Source: Octopus vulgaris
Lineage: Eukaryota
Length of the DNA stretch: 64,000 nt
Assembly (NCBI GenBank): GCA_951406725.2
Contig: OX597820.1
Coordinates: 58,900,001-58,964,000, forward strand
Direction of reading: 5' to 3'
The notes under the pieces were generated by a model, which worked only from the letters and a program-made list of their open reading frames with translations, searched no databases and was not told the origin of the DNA. Below, one piece after another: positions 12,975-25,398 of the stretch. How positions within the stretch are numbered: position 1 is the first letter of the stretch; each line of letters opens with the position of its first letter. Made by a program: the position numbers and the translations under genes.

Positions 12975-14576
12975 AAAAAGTCCACTTCAACCTGCATCAC
13001 TATACCACATCCCACTGATCTCAAACTGAGACCAATAGTGGCAGACCCAAGTTGTGAAACACACAGACTTAGCAACTTTATAGATATCATCTTAAAGCCA
13101 ATACTGAAACACATTCCAAGTATTGTAAGAGATGACCTGGACCTATTAAATCATCTCCCCAAACATACCGATAAAGACACTTTAATCGTTTCTTTTGATG
13201 TTATTAATCTTTACACCACAATCCCACATGAATATGGACTGGAAGCCATTAAATTCTGGCTGGATAAATATCCCAATGAGATCCCGGAAAGAATTAAAAA
13301 AGAATTCATAATTGAGGGCCTCAAATTTTTTCTGCAAAACAACTTCATGTATTTCCACAACAACACTTACAGACAGGTCTCAGGAACTGCAATGGGTACG
13401 AAAGTTGCACCTACCTATGCAAACCTGGTGATGGCCTACCTGGAATCACATATCTATGAAAAATCCAAATATAAGTACGGCCAGTCTTTCCACAAATACC
13501 TGTTGGAGAACTGGAAACGCTACTTAGATGATTGCCTCATCCTATGGTCCCACACACTCGACCAACTTATAGACTTCAAAAACCTTATCAACAGTGTAAA
13601 TAACAACATTCAATTCAAAATGGAATATAGTCAGGACCAACTCCCTTTTCTTGACATCCTAATCATTAAAAAAGGCGTCAACATTGAAACTGATATCCAT
13701 TACAAACCCACTGACTCTAAACAATACCTTCTATTCACCTCCAATCACCCAAAACACACAAAGACAAATATCCCCTTCAACCTAGCGAGAAGAATCTGCA
13801 CTATTGTCTCAAATGACACAACACGAAATAGAAGACTCCGGGAACTAAGGGCAATTCTTCTCGAAAGACATTACCCGGCATCACTAGTCGACAACGGAAT
13901 AGAACGGGCCAAATCAATCAACATTCAAGACCTACGAAAACCCAAACACATCCACAGTACAGTAAATAGCTTCCCCTATCTCTCAACACACAACCCAAGG
14001 AATGCAGAAGCTTACACTATTATATACAACAATATTCCACAACTAAATCAAGACCCACGCCTGAAAAAAATACTGACAGCTCATAAAATAATAAAAAGTA
14101 AGAGACAACCTAAATCCCTAAAAAACCTCCTCACCAACGCAAAATTACACAACACAAACCCACCGCCCACCATCAAAAAATGTGGTCGCCCCAACTGCAG
14201 CACCTGCATCCACCTCATTGAGGGATCGTCGTACAAGTTCCACTCGGGACACACATTCATCATAAAAAATAATTTCACGTGCGCATCAAAAAATTTACTC
14301 TACGTCATAAGGTGTGAAGGATGCCACGAAGACTATATAGGGCAAACGAGCCTTACCCTCAGAGAAAGAATGACAGTTCACCGACAACAACTGAGGGACC
14401 CCTCCACAAGACAGATACCACTAAGTGGACACTTAGACCTTTGTGCACACAATAAGTCCCCCAAATTCTTAGTCTTCCCACTATACCAATGCTCGGAAAA
14501 CACCACAGACCAAACACGAATAAATAGGGAAAGTAATCTTATTCAAAAATACAGACCACAACCAAACATACTCTAA
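12975..14576 (+). CDS. Penelope-like retroelement RT + GIY-YIG endonuclease, 5'-truncated
   Basis: Frame open from 12975 (DLKLRPIVADP); RT motifs SFDVINLYTTIPH, QVSGTAMGTKVAPTYANL, WKRYLDD; CGRPNCSTC linker; GIY-YIG LLYVIRC...YIGQT...LRERMTVH; lacks N-terminus and true start. Confidence 0.92.
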   Translation, partial: KKSTSTCITIPHPTDLKLRPIVADPSCETHRLSNFIDIILKPILKHIPSIVRDDLDLLNHLPKHTDKDTLIVSFDVINLYTTIPHEYGLEAIKFWLDKYPNEIPERIKKEFIIEGLKFFLQNNFMYFHNNTYRQVSGTAMGTKVAPTYANLVMAYLESHIYEKSKYKYGQSFHKYLLENWKRYLDDCLILWSHTLDQLIDFKNLINSVNNNIQFKMEYSQDQLPFLDILIIKKGVNIETDIHYKPTDSKQYLLFTSNHPKHTKTNIPFNLARRICTIVSNDTTRNRRLRELRAILLERHYPASLVDNGIERAKSINIQDLRKPKHIHSTVNSFPYLSTHNPRNAEAYTIIYNNIPQLNQDPRLKKILTAHKIIKSKRQPKSLKNLLTNAKLHNTNPPPTIKKCGRPNCSTCIHLIEGSSYKFHSGHTFIIKNNFTCASKNLLYVIRCEGCHEDYIGQTSLTLRERMTVHRQQLRDPSTRQIPLSGHLDLCAHNKSPKFLVFPLYQCSENTTDQTRINRESNLIQKYRPQPNIL

Positions 14577-14991
14577 CATACCCCCTGGACACACATCCAG
14601 AGCAAGCACACAGGGACACGCGCACGCTCACAGCATATCGTGCGGGCGGACACATGCGCGCATCGGCACGCATAGGACACACTAGCGGGAATTGACCGCA
14701 CACATACGTGGCACTCACACGCATGCATTATATATATGTAGGTTATGTATGTGTGTGAGTGTAGTGTGTGTGTGTGTGCGCGTTGTGTGTGTGTGTGTGC
14801 GCGTGTGTATATATATGTGTGTATGTGTGCACTGTGTGCGTGTGTGTATGTGTGTGTGTGTGTGCGCGTTGTGTGTGTGTGTTTGCACGTGTGTATATAT
14901 GTGTGTGTGTGTGTGTGCACTGTGTGCGTGTGTGTGTATGTGTGTGTGTGTGTGAGCATTGTGTACGTGTGTATGTATTTACACGTGTATT

Positions 14992-15033
<42 letters not shown>

Positions 15034-15220
15034 TGTGTGTGTATATGCATGGTATGTGTGTATATGTGAGTACATTGTTTGTGTGTGTGTGTGCGGTATG
15101 TAGAGATATATTTGAGTGTGTACGCTATAGGTTTGTATTTTGTGTGTGTGGGTGTGTGTGTGAATTTTATATATATATGTGTGTGTATGTGTGTGAAAAA
15201 ATATATATATGTGCATGTAT

Positions 15221-15280
<60 letters not shown>

Positions 15281-15335
15281 AGTGAATTGAAGAAATGGAG
15301 TTGAACGAAGATTGAACAGAAATCGTTTTATTGCA

Positions 15336-15415
15336 TTCTACACGTGTTTCGAAAGCCACAATTTACCAAATTCCGATTGAATAAGGAGACCGTATTTTGT
15401 CTTTCTCTTCAGGAA
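15336..15415 (-). ncRNA. Type I hammerhead ribozyme motif, canonical core (antisense arm)
   Basis: Reverse complement of 15511-15590 with a few stem II loop differences. Confidence 0.7.
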
Positions 15416-15510
15416 GAAATAGGAATTCCGTTGGCTCTTAGGAGCCTCGTTCGATTTGTTTTGCTGCGCCTCTGTTCTGTTTTTGTTTTTGCCAACGGAA
15501 TTCCTATTTC

Positions 15511-15590
15511 TTCCTGAAGAGAAAGACGCAATATGGTCTCCTTATTCAATCGGAATTTGGTAAATTGTGGCTTTCGAAACACGTGTAGAA
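15511..15590 (+). ncRNA. Type I hammerhead ribozyme motif, canonical core
   Basis: TTC-CTGAAGA-GAAAG...CTTTC-GAAAC-ACGT-GTA-GAA followed by AATAAA (15594-15599); palindromic stem III ACACGTGT. Confidence 0.75.
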
Positions 15591-16915
15591 TGCAATAAAA
15601 CGATTTCTGTTCAATCTTCGTTCAACTCCATTTCTTCAATTCACTAATAATATTAAAATTCAATTATCCGCACCAACGCACGGTTGCAACACCATATGGT
15701 TGTACCTCCAACCGTGCTGTCTTCTGCCGTGATTTTTGCTACCAAGGTATCGGTTAAACTTTTGATTAATCTGCAACAAGATTATTCATCTTTCTATTTC
15801 ACCAAATATATATATATATGTGTGTGTGTGTGTGTATGTATATATGTGTGTGTGTATGTGTGTGTGTATATATATTTGCATGTATATGTGTGTATAAACA
15901 TGTGCATTATTTGCATGCGCATTGTGTATATGTATATTGTATGTATGTGTATTGTATATGTATATATGTATATATGTATATGCATTTTCTATATATATAT
16001 ATATATTATATGTATGTATTGCGTATGTATATTGCATTCATATATGGTGTATGTGTATTATATACATGCTGTGTATGTGTATTGTATGTATATATATGCT
16101 AGGTGTATTTGTGTGATATTTATATTATGTATGTATGTATGCGTGTGTTGTGTGTGTGTGTGTTGTGTGTGTATGTGTGTTATATATGTGTGATGTGTGT
16201 GTATATTATATATGTGGGTGCGTTGTGTATGTGTGTGTTCTGTGTGTGTGTTGTGTGTATGTGGTGTGTGTTTGTATGCTATGTGTGTGTGTGTGTGTGT
16301 GTTGTGTGTGTGTGTGTATATATGTGTGTGACAAACAGACGCCGTCTGACCAGCAGGCACACGGACACATCTATTCACACCCGCATACTCACCTCCCGAT
16401 AACCCCAAAATCATTGATGCTTGAAGGGGAACCATACACAAAACTGGGTACACATCTTTTTCTCTCAATTCAACTTTTCTGCTAAAACAAACAGGTCAGT
16501 AAAAACAAATTCTCGCCTTCATTTCAAAATATTCTGAGATGTATAAAATATCCATTTTAATTTTCTCTGTCAATATTACAAACTTTCTCACCAAACTATT
16601 ACACTTCCTTATGTCTTTAACATGTCCTTTCTACAAAAGACTGTATATATATACATGCAATGTGACAATTTGCGACAACCAATAATTAACGCAACAAAAT
16701 TTCCAATAATATATTTGTTTTATTCTTTTCTGCCAATTTTTCCAAATATTCTCATCACACTATTGAACTTTTTTATGCCCTTAACATATCTCTGTTACCA
16801 AACACTATATTTATACATGTAATGTGACAATTATGTATAAAAAAACATTTTTGAATTCATAATATTCAATGTGACAATTATGTAAAAAACTTTTTTGAAC
16901 CCATAATATTCAATG

Positions 16916-16960
16916 TTACTTTTGACAATCTTTTACCAAAGAGTGAAACCGGTTAAGAAA
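16916..16960 (+). ncRNA. Hammerhead-like motif (U3-A8 variant) at the Penelope 3' end
   Basis: TTACTT-TTGACAA-TCTTT TACC AAAGA GT-GAAAC-CG-GTT-AAGAAA then AATAAA. Confidence 0.5.
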
Positions 16961-17035
16961 ATAAACATCTTTTAAATTGCATTTTCAAACCTTCTTTCAT
17001 ATATAATTCCACTCGTGCGATAGCCCACAACTCAA

Positions 17036-17116
<81 letters not shown>

Positions 17117-17144
17117 CACATATATTCATATATATATATTTTTA

Positions 17145-17199
<55 letters not shown>

Positions 17200-20100
17200 A
17201 TATGTATTGAGAACAGTGAGGTAAAGCTATAAAATTATAGTCTCTAAACATTGGGCTGAAAAACCCCTTAGAAAGAAAAATGATGGATTTCTTCATAGTT
17301 TCCATCAATCAAATTCACTAAAAAATTATTGATTGGCCTGGCACTAAACCTGAAACTATGTGGTCACAAAGCAACTTCTTAACCATACGGCCATGTCTGC
17401 ACCAACACTGCAAGCAACCCTCTGCTCAATCAAGTGAACCTACAAAATCAATGACTCTTTCCTCCCTTCTCTAACACAAGCTATGAAATATATAAAAATA
17501 AATATGAAAATTACTCCTCGAGATCTGAGACTAGCTGCATTAATAGTGCAGCAGCTTGTGTTTTTATTACCAAATTGGGGTGCTGCTTCAGAATATTTTT
17601 AGCCATTGTTTTAATAGTGTGTAAAAGGAAACAAACATATAAAAAGAATATTTATACATAAACTTGATTGGTTCACGTTTTAGCCACTGCCGGATTGTTT
17701 GTTTAATTTGTTCACTGAACTCACCGTGAATTCCCCCTTGCTTTTCAAAAATTCCACCTAAATCACAAAATAAGGGGTGGGGGGAATGTGCCCAATTTTT
17801 CAAATCCTGGCAGCAACACTGAAGCTGGAAGCAGGATAATAATCTAATTCGATACTATCATTTTCAAGAATATAAACATGTTTTTAAACACAAGACACAG
17901 AGTGAAAAAGAAACACGACCTTTCACCAGCACACTGGGGATGGTACTGCGTGAATCCAGTGCTCTCTCTTCTTAGCGTGAAGCTTCCTATCTTGGATTCA
18001 TGAGCATACACACAACAACCAAACACTGCATCGCTGGAATTATGAAGCTCACAGTTGTATACAAGGATGTTTGTATTTTTTCATAAACTAGGCAACTGGT
18101 ATTAATCGTAAGCATTATAGAAAGGCGGCGAGCTGGCAGAAACGTTAGCACGCCGGGTAAAATGCTTAGCAGTATTTCGTCTGCCGCTACATTCTGAGTT
18201 CAAATTCTGCCGAGGTCAACTTTGCCTTTCATCCTTTCGGGGTCGATTAAATAAGTACCAGTTACGTACTGGGTGTCGATATAATCGACTTAATCCGTGT
18301 GTCTGTCCTTGTTTGTCCTCTCTGGGTTTAGCCCCTGGTGGGTAGTAAAGAAATAGGTATTTCGCCCATCTATATGTTCTGAGTTCAAATTCCGCCTAGG
18401 TCGATTTTTCCTTTCATCCTTTCAGGGTCGATGAATTAAGTACCAGTTGCGTATTGGGGTCAATCTAGTCGACTGCCCCCCACTCCCCCCAAATTTCGGG
18501 CCTTATGCCTAGAATAGAAAAAAATCTTTTAAATCTTAAGGATTATATAACGTACATGTATAAAGAAAGAAATTGAATGTTATCAATAATATCGAGTGGA
18601 AATAGGGGGTGCTGCAGTGCCTACACATGAGCCGCCACTGACAGAAATGCTATTCTCTGATGCAGCAGAATTTTTTTGTCAGTGAACAGATCGCAGTTTC
18701 AAGCAACGAAAAATTTGTCGCCATGTTACAAGTAAATGTTTTAGTGAAGAAAACAGTCTTTGTGCATTTCTGAATGGCTAGCTTGTGTCTTTTGCAATTG
18801 CTTTAGTTTCAGCACATGATGATGATCATCATCATCGTTTAACGTCCGCTTTCCATGCTAGCATGGGTTGGACGGTTCGACTGGGGTCTGGGAAGCCCGA
18901 AGGCTGCACCAGGCCCAGTCAGATCTGGCAGTGTTTCTACAGCTGGATGCTCTTCCTAACGCCAACCACTCCGCGAGTGTAGAGATAAAAATACTTGCTA
19001 TGCAAATATATCTCTGTCTTTTGAAGTTGTTGGTTGTATTCACAACTCTACAATGTAGACTTAGTAACTGTCTTCTGTGTGACAATTTGGTGGTGGTGGT
19101 GGTGTTTGGCTACTCTTCGTCAAATCACACTATCGTCTTAAAAAGAAAGGCACATTGAGAAATGTTTTCCCAGATACATTGTGTAGAATAAGATAAAAAG
19201 AGGGGTGATTATAGTTGGAACGCATGTGTTAATGTGTCACGTCTGCACCTACTTGGCTAAACAAAACAAAGAAAAGACATAAAATATGACATTTTTACAT
19301 CTAAAAAATGTCTAGACATAATGTCTTTAACAATAGGACCGCCTGATCATGAACAAGACCGTGTTCACATAACCTGATATTTTCTCTAAACTCACACACT
19401 GCCATTGAAAACAAAAAAGACATAGGATTATGTAGCCTGGGATGGTCATTTTTTAAATATCTTTTATCATAGGTTAGCAGATCGTGGCTAATCTTGGGGT
19501 AAACAACAACAGCAAATGGTAAGAAATGCTTTTGATGGTTGTTATAGGAGGTGTTTAGCCTCAGATCAGCCTACGATCACAGGCATTTCCGCTCATGACA
19601 TATCTTTGGGTATACCATACATAGGTCTATTTTAACCAATGTGTCCTGCCTTTATTTTAAGATAGTAGTGTGATATGTGGCTGCTATTTCTAGTAGGTTA
19701 AGCAACCATGTAGGAACTCCTATGTTTGTTTATTTCCAATAGTTGTCAAACAGGGTAAATCTAAGTATATCTCAAAGCAAACTCTTACAGTGTTGTACCA
19801 TTGAATTATAAATAATGCTCATCTTGCAGATGGATCTGTATGTATAAAGTTCTACAAATTATATTTAAGTGTATCTTTCAAATGTCTTCACTTTGGCACG
19901 CTGAGATCGGAAACTACCCTGCAGTTAATAAACTACAGCAGTCAATTTACCGGTTAGAGAACATTTTTTTATTTAAAATTGAATAAGGGTAGAAATTGAG
20001 GATCTTTTCGATTTGACCGGCAGTTTTTTCTTGCGGTGTCATGAAATTGTCACCCATAATTATGATCCTAGTATTGATCTATTGCATTTCAATCTATTTT

Positions 20101-20669
20101 AGGGTTAGGGTTATGGTTAAGGGTGGGGGGAAGAGTATCTTTTTTCTTCAGAAATGTAAATAAACCCAATCTGTTTCTTAAATGAGGGACATATTCATAC
20201 GGTACAGATTGTTTTTTTACCTCAATAGACGTCATTGATTGGTTGAATTTGCAGAAATTGAAGAAAAAACAACAACAAATATCTTACAAACTATAGAATT
20301 TTCTCAATAAAGCCAAGAGAAAAAGATGTTTTATAAACACATTCTACCAGTATACGAAGTTTAAAAGTGTTTAGTTATGTGGAAATTATTTTAAAAAACT
20401 GCCGTTCAAACCGAAAAGATCCGAAATTGATATTAATCGATTAAAACCAGTGGCTTAGCATATTTTTTTTAAATCCGAAGATTAAAAATTGTTTTACATA
20501 CAAAATTTAGAGGACTGACCACTAAAAGTGGACAGCCTACATGCTAAACATAGACGCCAAATCGCCATTACCACAAAGAATGTGTTCTCAAGAAAAATCT
20601 CAGCAAAAAAAAAAAAAAATGTAAAAATAAGCAAGACAAATGAAAATATACGAAATAATAAACAATTAC

Positions 20670-20743
20670 CTATGTACCATTGGTTTCACTTGTTAATATT
20701 TACGTGTATGAACACGCAAACATCTGCAAGATCATCAGCATAG
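20670..20743 (-). ncRNA. Type I hammerhead ribozyme motif (mirror of 7752-7825)
   Basis: Exact reverse complement; further copies at 45581-45654(+) and 58629-58702(-). Confidence 0.75.
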
Positions 20744-22332
20744 TCTGTCGTTTACAAAACATAATTTCCAGAACTAGATACAGAACGCTCAACCGAAATC
20801 CAGCATGTATAAAGTTCTACAAATTATATTTAAGTGTATCTTTCAAATGTCTTCACTTTGGCACGCTGAGATCGGAAACTACCATGCAGATGTTTGCATG
20901 TGAAACCGTGAAACCAATGGTACATAGGTAATCATTTTTTTTATTTCGTATATTTTCATTTGTCTTGCTTATTTTTACATTTTGTTTTTTTTTTCTGAGA
21001 TTTTTCTTGAGAACACATTCTTCGTGGTAATGGCGATTTGATGTCTATGTTTAGCATATAGTGGTCAGTCCTCTAAATTTTGTATGTAAAACAATTTTTA
21101 ATCTTCCGATTAAAAAGAAAATATGCTAAGCCACTGGTTTTAATTGATTAATATCAATTTCTACGCTTATTTAATTTATATATCTCTATATATATAAACG
21201 GCAGTTTGTCTGTGCGTGCTTCTGTGTGTCTGTTTTCTCGTACCCTCACCCTGACCACGGCTTTCAACCGATTCTGATGAAACTTGACACACACATAGCC
21301 TAATGTCATAATTCAAAACTAACGCAGCGAAAATTTTGAAAAGTTCCCCCAGTTCTGAAAAAAATTGATAAATTCGACATGGGGTCGACAATCATAAACA
21401 CGAACCACAGACTGTCTAGGGGACGCAACTCGAGAATCTAAGCTTTTTTATGCAACGCATTATCTATGGTAGTTTTCACAACTTGCAATCGATTTTCACC
21501 AAACTCATGGTGAAGCTTAATGTTACCCTAAGAAACTCAATTCTGACGTTAGTTTTCCATGCAATACCTTACCATCAGAAACAATCGATAAAATCATGCC
21601 ATTTTGGGAAATCGCGTTCAAATTCAACATGACATATTTTCGACAATATCTTTCATAAATTGGCAGGAATCTTTTTTTTTTCACAACGAGCATCATGTCT
21701 GCTCCAAGGAGCTATATAGCCCTTTTTATTCCAATAGGATACATTATTGGAAAAAATCGGTTAATTTAATCATATGTGGCACACATAGCAAACAAATTTG
21801 TGTATTAAACACAAACCAGACTGTCTAGGGGACGCAACTTGACCTTTTTAGCTATCGATAATTCGATCCAACCAATTCCTACCAGGAAGAAATTACGTTC
21901 GAGACTTTACCCCCAACACCGCCACTTCTGCTAATAGCTGCTGCAGCCGCAAGTTATTCGAATACTTTTTTTGTTTAAACTTTCTTTATAACTACCACCC
22001 CAAACGTTTTACCTTCAATTTTTGACGTACCCTAACGGTCCTCGGACGCTACTTGCAAACTCTTGGTTTATTATAAACCACTTTTGTCGTGTGCATCAAA
22101 AAACTTTTCCTTTCGTTTGTTCAGTTTGATCACTTTTGACTTTTTTGTTGTTGTCACTCACATTGCTGCCAGCTTTTTGGCCATTTTTGTACATTTTTAT
22201 ACATTTTCGGATACTTACCCCACGTGTTCCTTTTTATTACACCTTTACCAAACACATTGCTATCCACCAAAATACTTACCCCACGTGTTCCTTTTTATTA
22301 CACCTTTGCCAAACACATTGCTATCCACCAAA

Positions 22333-25300
22333 ATGCCACCCAAGAAGAGAAGGACCCTCCTCAGCCCTCGGACTGCCAAGGCATCGGCTGCTAGAGCTAG
22401 AAGGGCACGCGAGACCCACGAGGAAACCGCCTTGCGCCTCTCGCAAACAGCTTCCCGTTATGTCGCTGCTCAGGCATCTGAAACTATTAGCGACCGTTCT
22501 ACCCGACTTGCAAGGGTCGCAGCGTACAGATCTTCCCTCCGCTCGAGGTTGACGAAAGAGCAACAGTCCAGCCAAAATATGCGGGCTTCTTACTGTGCTT
22601 CCATCCGCAGAGCTCGCGAGAACCCCGAACAAAGGGCCATTCGGAATGTGGCTAACGCCACTAGCACCGCCAGGACACGATCTGTCGAAACCTCACAGCA
22701 GAGGAGAACTCGCCAAGATGCTGACGCCGCAAACAATGCCATGGCCAAAGCTGCCGAAACACCTCAACAGAGGAGAGCTCGCCAAGCTGCTAACGCCGCA
22801 AACACAGCCAGGGCTCGATCTGCTGAAACTCCACACCAACGGACTATTCGGACATCCAGACATGCCATTAACACTGCTTCTGCTAGGGCTTCAGAGGGTG
22901 CTGAGGCGAGAGCTGAAAGGCTTTCAAGGGATGCCACTGCTACCGCTGTCGCACGTGCATCTGAATCTGCTGAGGCACGGTGCACTCGACTTGAGAGTAT
23001 CAACAAACGTCGGGATATCATTCGTGGTGTACGTACCCCTGCCCCCGCTTTCTGGTTGTCACTAGCATTCAACTACGACGCCACAATTAACTTCTCCTTG
23101 CGTGACGATATCAAGATAGGGTCAATGACAATTGTATGCCAGTTTTGCAAAGCCAAGAAATGGCCCGGAGAGCCACCTGGTTTGTGCTGCTCTGGTGGCA
23201 AAGTGGACCTGCCACCCCTACGGGAACCACCTCAACCACTGAATGATCTCGCGGCGGGTTTAACCCCCGATTCGTCACAATTCCTTGAAATAATTCGAAA
23301 GTACAACTGCTCATTCCAAATGACCTCTTTCGGGGCCAAAATTCCTCCCAGAGAAGGCTGGATGCCTACTTTCAAAGTGCAGGGACAGGTCTACCATCTT
23401 ATTGGGTCACTTCTGCCAGACGAGATTCAGCAGTCTTCTTTCCTCCAAATATACTTCATTGCCGACTACAACCACCAGGTTGATGCACGCCTTGGAATAA
23501 TACCGGGTACAAGCTATGTTCCCCGCAAAGACATTCTTCTCCGTCTCCAAACCATGCTTCATGATATCAACAGCTATGTCTGCAGCTTCAGATATGCCTT
23601 GGACAGTGCTCCATCTCCAAACTTCACCGTTGTCATTGATGCTGATAAACGACCCCACGGGGAGCACGAACGCCGTTTCAACGCACCTGCGTGCAACGAA
23701 ATTGCCGCAGTCATACACGGAGAGCAACACAACAGCCGTGACATAATCATCTCCTCCCGTGGTAACAACCTACACAGGATCAGCGAGACTCACAGATCTT
23801 ATGACGCGCTTCAGTATCCATTGCTTTTCCCTTATGGGGAAGACGGCTACCATTTCGGAATTCCTTTACGGCAGCCCTCCAATCAAACTACTGCGGCATC
23901 AAAGACGGTTTCCTGCAGGGCGTTCTACTCATACCGGTTCATGGTCAGGGAGGGTGAGTTCAACTTATTGCCCCGTTGTCGTCAGCTATTCAACCAGTTC
24001 GCCGTCGACATGGCCGCAAAAATGGAATCGGAAAGGCTGCTATACATTAAACTTAATCAGACCAAACTTCGCTCCGACTCCTACATTCATCTCCGTGACG
24101 GTTTGCAACAAGAAAATGACCCTCGCAACATCGGCAAGCCATGCATTCTACCCTCCACCTTCACGGGAGGACCGCGATATATGCGTGAAAGGACCCAAGA
24201 CGCCTTGACCTACGTGCGCATTTACGGCCGGCCGGACCTCTTTATCACCTACACGTGCAATCCCAGCTGCGACGAAATCACTCGCGAACTCCTCCCGGGT
24301 CAATCTCACACCCATCGACACGACATCGTTGCTAGGGTTTTCCGTCTGAATTTGGGCAAAATGAAGGATTTGATAGTTAAGGGTCAGATTTTAGGGCATG
24401 TCAGGTGCCACATGTTTTCGGTCGAGTGGCAAAAGAGGGGCTTGCCACATGCTCACATCTTAATTTGGCTCACTCATAAAATCGAGACTAATGACATTGA
24501 CAAATTCATTTCCACCGAGATTCCTGACCCCGATGAGGACCCCGGACTCTACGAAATTGTCCGCACTACCATGGTACACGGGCCCTGTGGACCAAATTAC
24601 GCCAACACACCATGCTACAAAAACGGATTAGCCTGCTCAAAGGGATTCCCTAAACGGTTCACTTTGGAGACTCAAACAGGCGGCGATGGGTATCCGCTGT
24701 ACAAACGAAGGAGTCCAGCCAATGGAGGCCGCACGATTACGGTTGGGCGACATCAAGTGGACAACAGCTACATTGTCCTCTACTGTCCTCTCCTGTCGAA
24801 GATATTCAAAGCCCACGTCAACGTTGAGTTCTGCAGCTCCATCAGGTCAATACAATATGTCTGCAAATATATCAACAAAGGCAGCGATGCTGCCATGTTC
24901 AGCATCCAGAGGACCACCAGTCGCAACGAAGTGTCCAACTACTTGGCTGGCCGGTACCTCAGCAGCAACGAAGCGTTTTGGCGCATTTACGGCTTCCCGC
25001 TCCATCAGAGACACCCGGCTGTGGTGCAGCTTGCTGTACACTTGGAAAATGGACAGCGGATTTACTTCACAGAGCAAAGTGCTGTGCAGATAGCCACCAG
25101 CCCTAAAGACACAACGTTGACTGGTTTCTTCAAATTATGCCAACGTGATGACTTCGCTCGAACGCTTTTGTACCCACAGGTCCCATCGTACTTCGTGTGG
25201 TCTAAAAACACCTGGGTTCGACGGAAATCCGGCAAAAACGTCGAAAGCTTCCCAGACGTCAAGTTTGACTCCTGCCTGGGTCGAGTTTACAACATCCCGC

Positions 25301-25398
25301 CAAACAAGCAAGAATGCTTCTACCTCCGTCTCCTTCTACATGAGGTCACTGGTCCAACAGGTTTCGCCAATATACGTACCGTCAATGGGGTTCTGTGA
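22333..25398 (+). CDS. Helitron RepHel N-terminal part: 23-aa repeats, Cys cluster, HUH Rep endonuclease
   Basis: Likely ATG at 22333 (MPPKKRR); CQFCKAKKWPGE...CC; Rep motifs DLFITYTCNP, VEWQKRGLPHAHILIW, YVCKYINKG; ends at an in-frame TGA. Confidence 0.9.
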   Translation: MPPKKRRTLLSPRTAKASAARARRARETHEETALRLSQTASRYVAAQASETISDRSTRLARVAAYRSSLRSRLTKEQQSSQNMRASYCASIRRARENPEQRAIRNVANATSTARTRSVETSQQRRTRQDADAANNAMAKAAETPQQRRARQAANAANTARARSAETPHQRTIRTSRHAINTASARASEGAEARAERLSRDATATAVARASESAEARCTRLESINKRRDIIRGVRTPAPAFWLSLAFNYDATINFSLRDDIKIGSMTIVCQFCKAKKWPGEPPGLCCSGGKVDLPPLREPPQPLNDLAAGLTPDSSQFLEIIRKYNCSFQMTSFGAKIPPREGWMPTFKVQGQVYHLIGSLLPDEIQQSSFLQIYFIADYNHQVDARLGIIPGTSYVPRKDILLRLQTMLHDINSYVCSFRYALDSAPSPNFTVVIDADKRPHGEHERRFNAPACNEIAAVIHGEQHNSRDIIISSRGNNLHRISETHRSYDALQYPLLFPYGEDGYHFGIPLRQPSNQTTAASKTVSCRAFYSYRFMVREGEFNLLPRCRQLFNQFAVDMAAKMESERLLYIKLNQTKLRSDSYIHLRDGLQQENDPRNIGKPCILPSTFTGGPRYMRERTQDALTYVRIYGRPDLFITYTCNPSCDEITRELLPGQSHTHRHDIVARVFRLNLGKMKDLIVKGQILGHVRCHMFSVEWQKRGLPHAHILIWLTHKIETNDIDKFISTEIPDPDEDPGLYEIVRTTMVHGPCGPNYANTPCYKNGLACSKGFPKRFTLETQTGGDGYPLYKRRSPANGGRTITVGRHQVDNSYIVLYCPLLSKIFKAHVNVEFCSSIRSIQYVCKYINKGSDAAMFSIQRTTSRNEVSNYLAGRYLSSNEAFWRIYGFPLHQRHPAVVQLAVHLENGQRIYFTEQSAVQIATSPKDTTLTGFFKLCQRDDFARTLLYPQVPSYFVWSKNTWVRRKSGKNVESFPDVKFDSCLGRVYNIPPNKQECFYLRLLLHEVTGPTGFANIRTVNGVL

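Larger units (their letters stand above)
15273..15653. repeat. Palindrome (163 bp arms, 55 bp spacer) with a hammerhead motif in each arm
   Basis: 15273-15435 mirrors 15491-15653; inserted in (TA)n; duplicate copy at 53234-53614. Confidence 0.9.
14577..17040 (+). mobile_element. Penelope 3' UTR / pseudo-LTR, microsatellite-rich, ending in hammerhead-like motif + AATAAA
   Basis: Repeated at 27569-28660 (direct) and 11695-12550 (inverted); ends at a (TA)n run. Confidence 0.7.

Noticed and set aside
12208-12990. 260 aa minus-strand ORF resembling a stand-alone GIY-YIG nuclease with a novel C-terminus
   Set aside because: It is the inverted pseudo-LTR copy running into TG repeats; the start comes from the inversion junction
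21270-21285. CTGATGAAAC resembling a hammerhead core in the Helitron 5' region
   Set aside because: No stem II between CTGATGA and GAAAC and no flanking stem I; reads as a common Helitron-type subterminal motif
22063-22332. Hydrophobic 90 aa N-terminal extension of the Helitron ORF
   Set aside because: Starts at TTG and spans a ~61 bp tandem duplication (22211-22332); ATG 22333 (MPPKKRR) is the more plausible start
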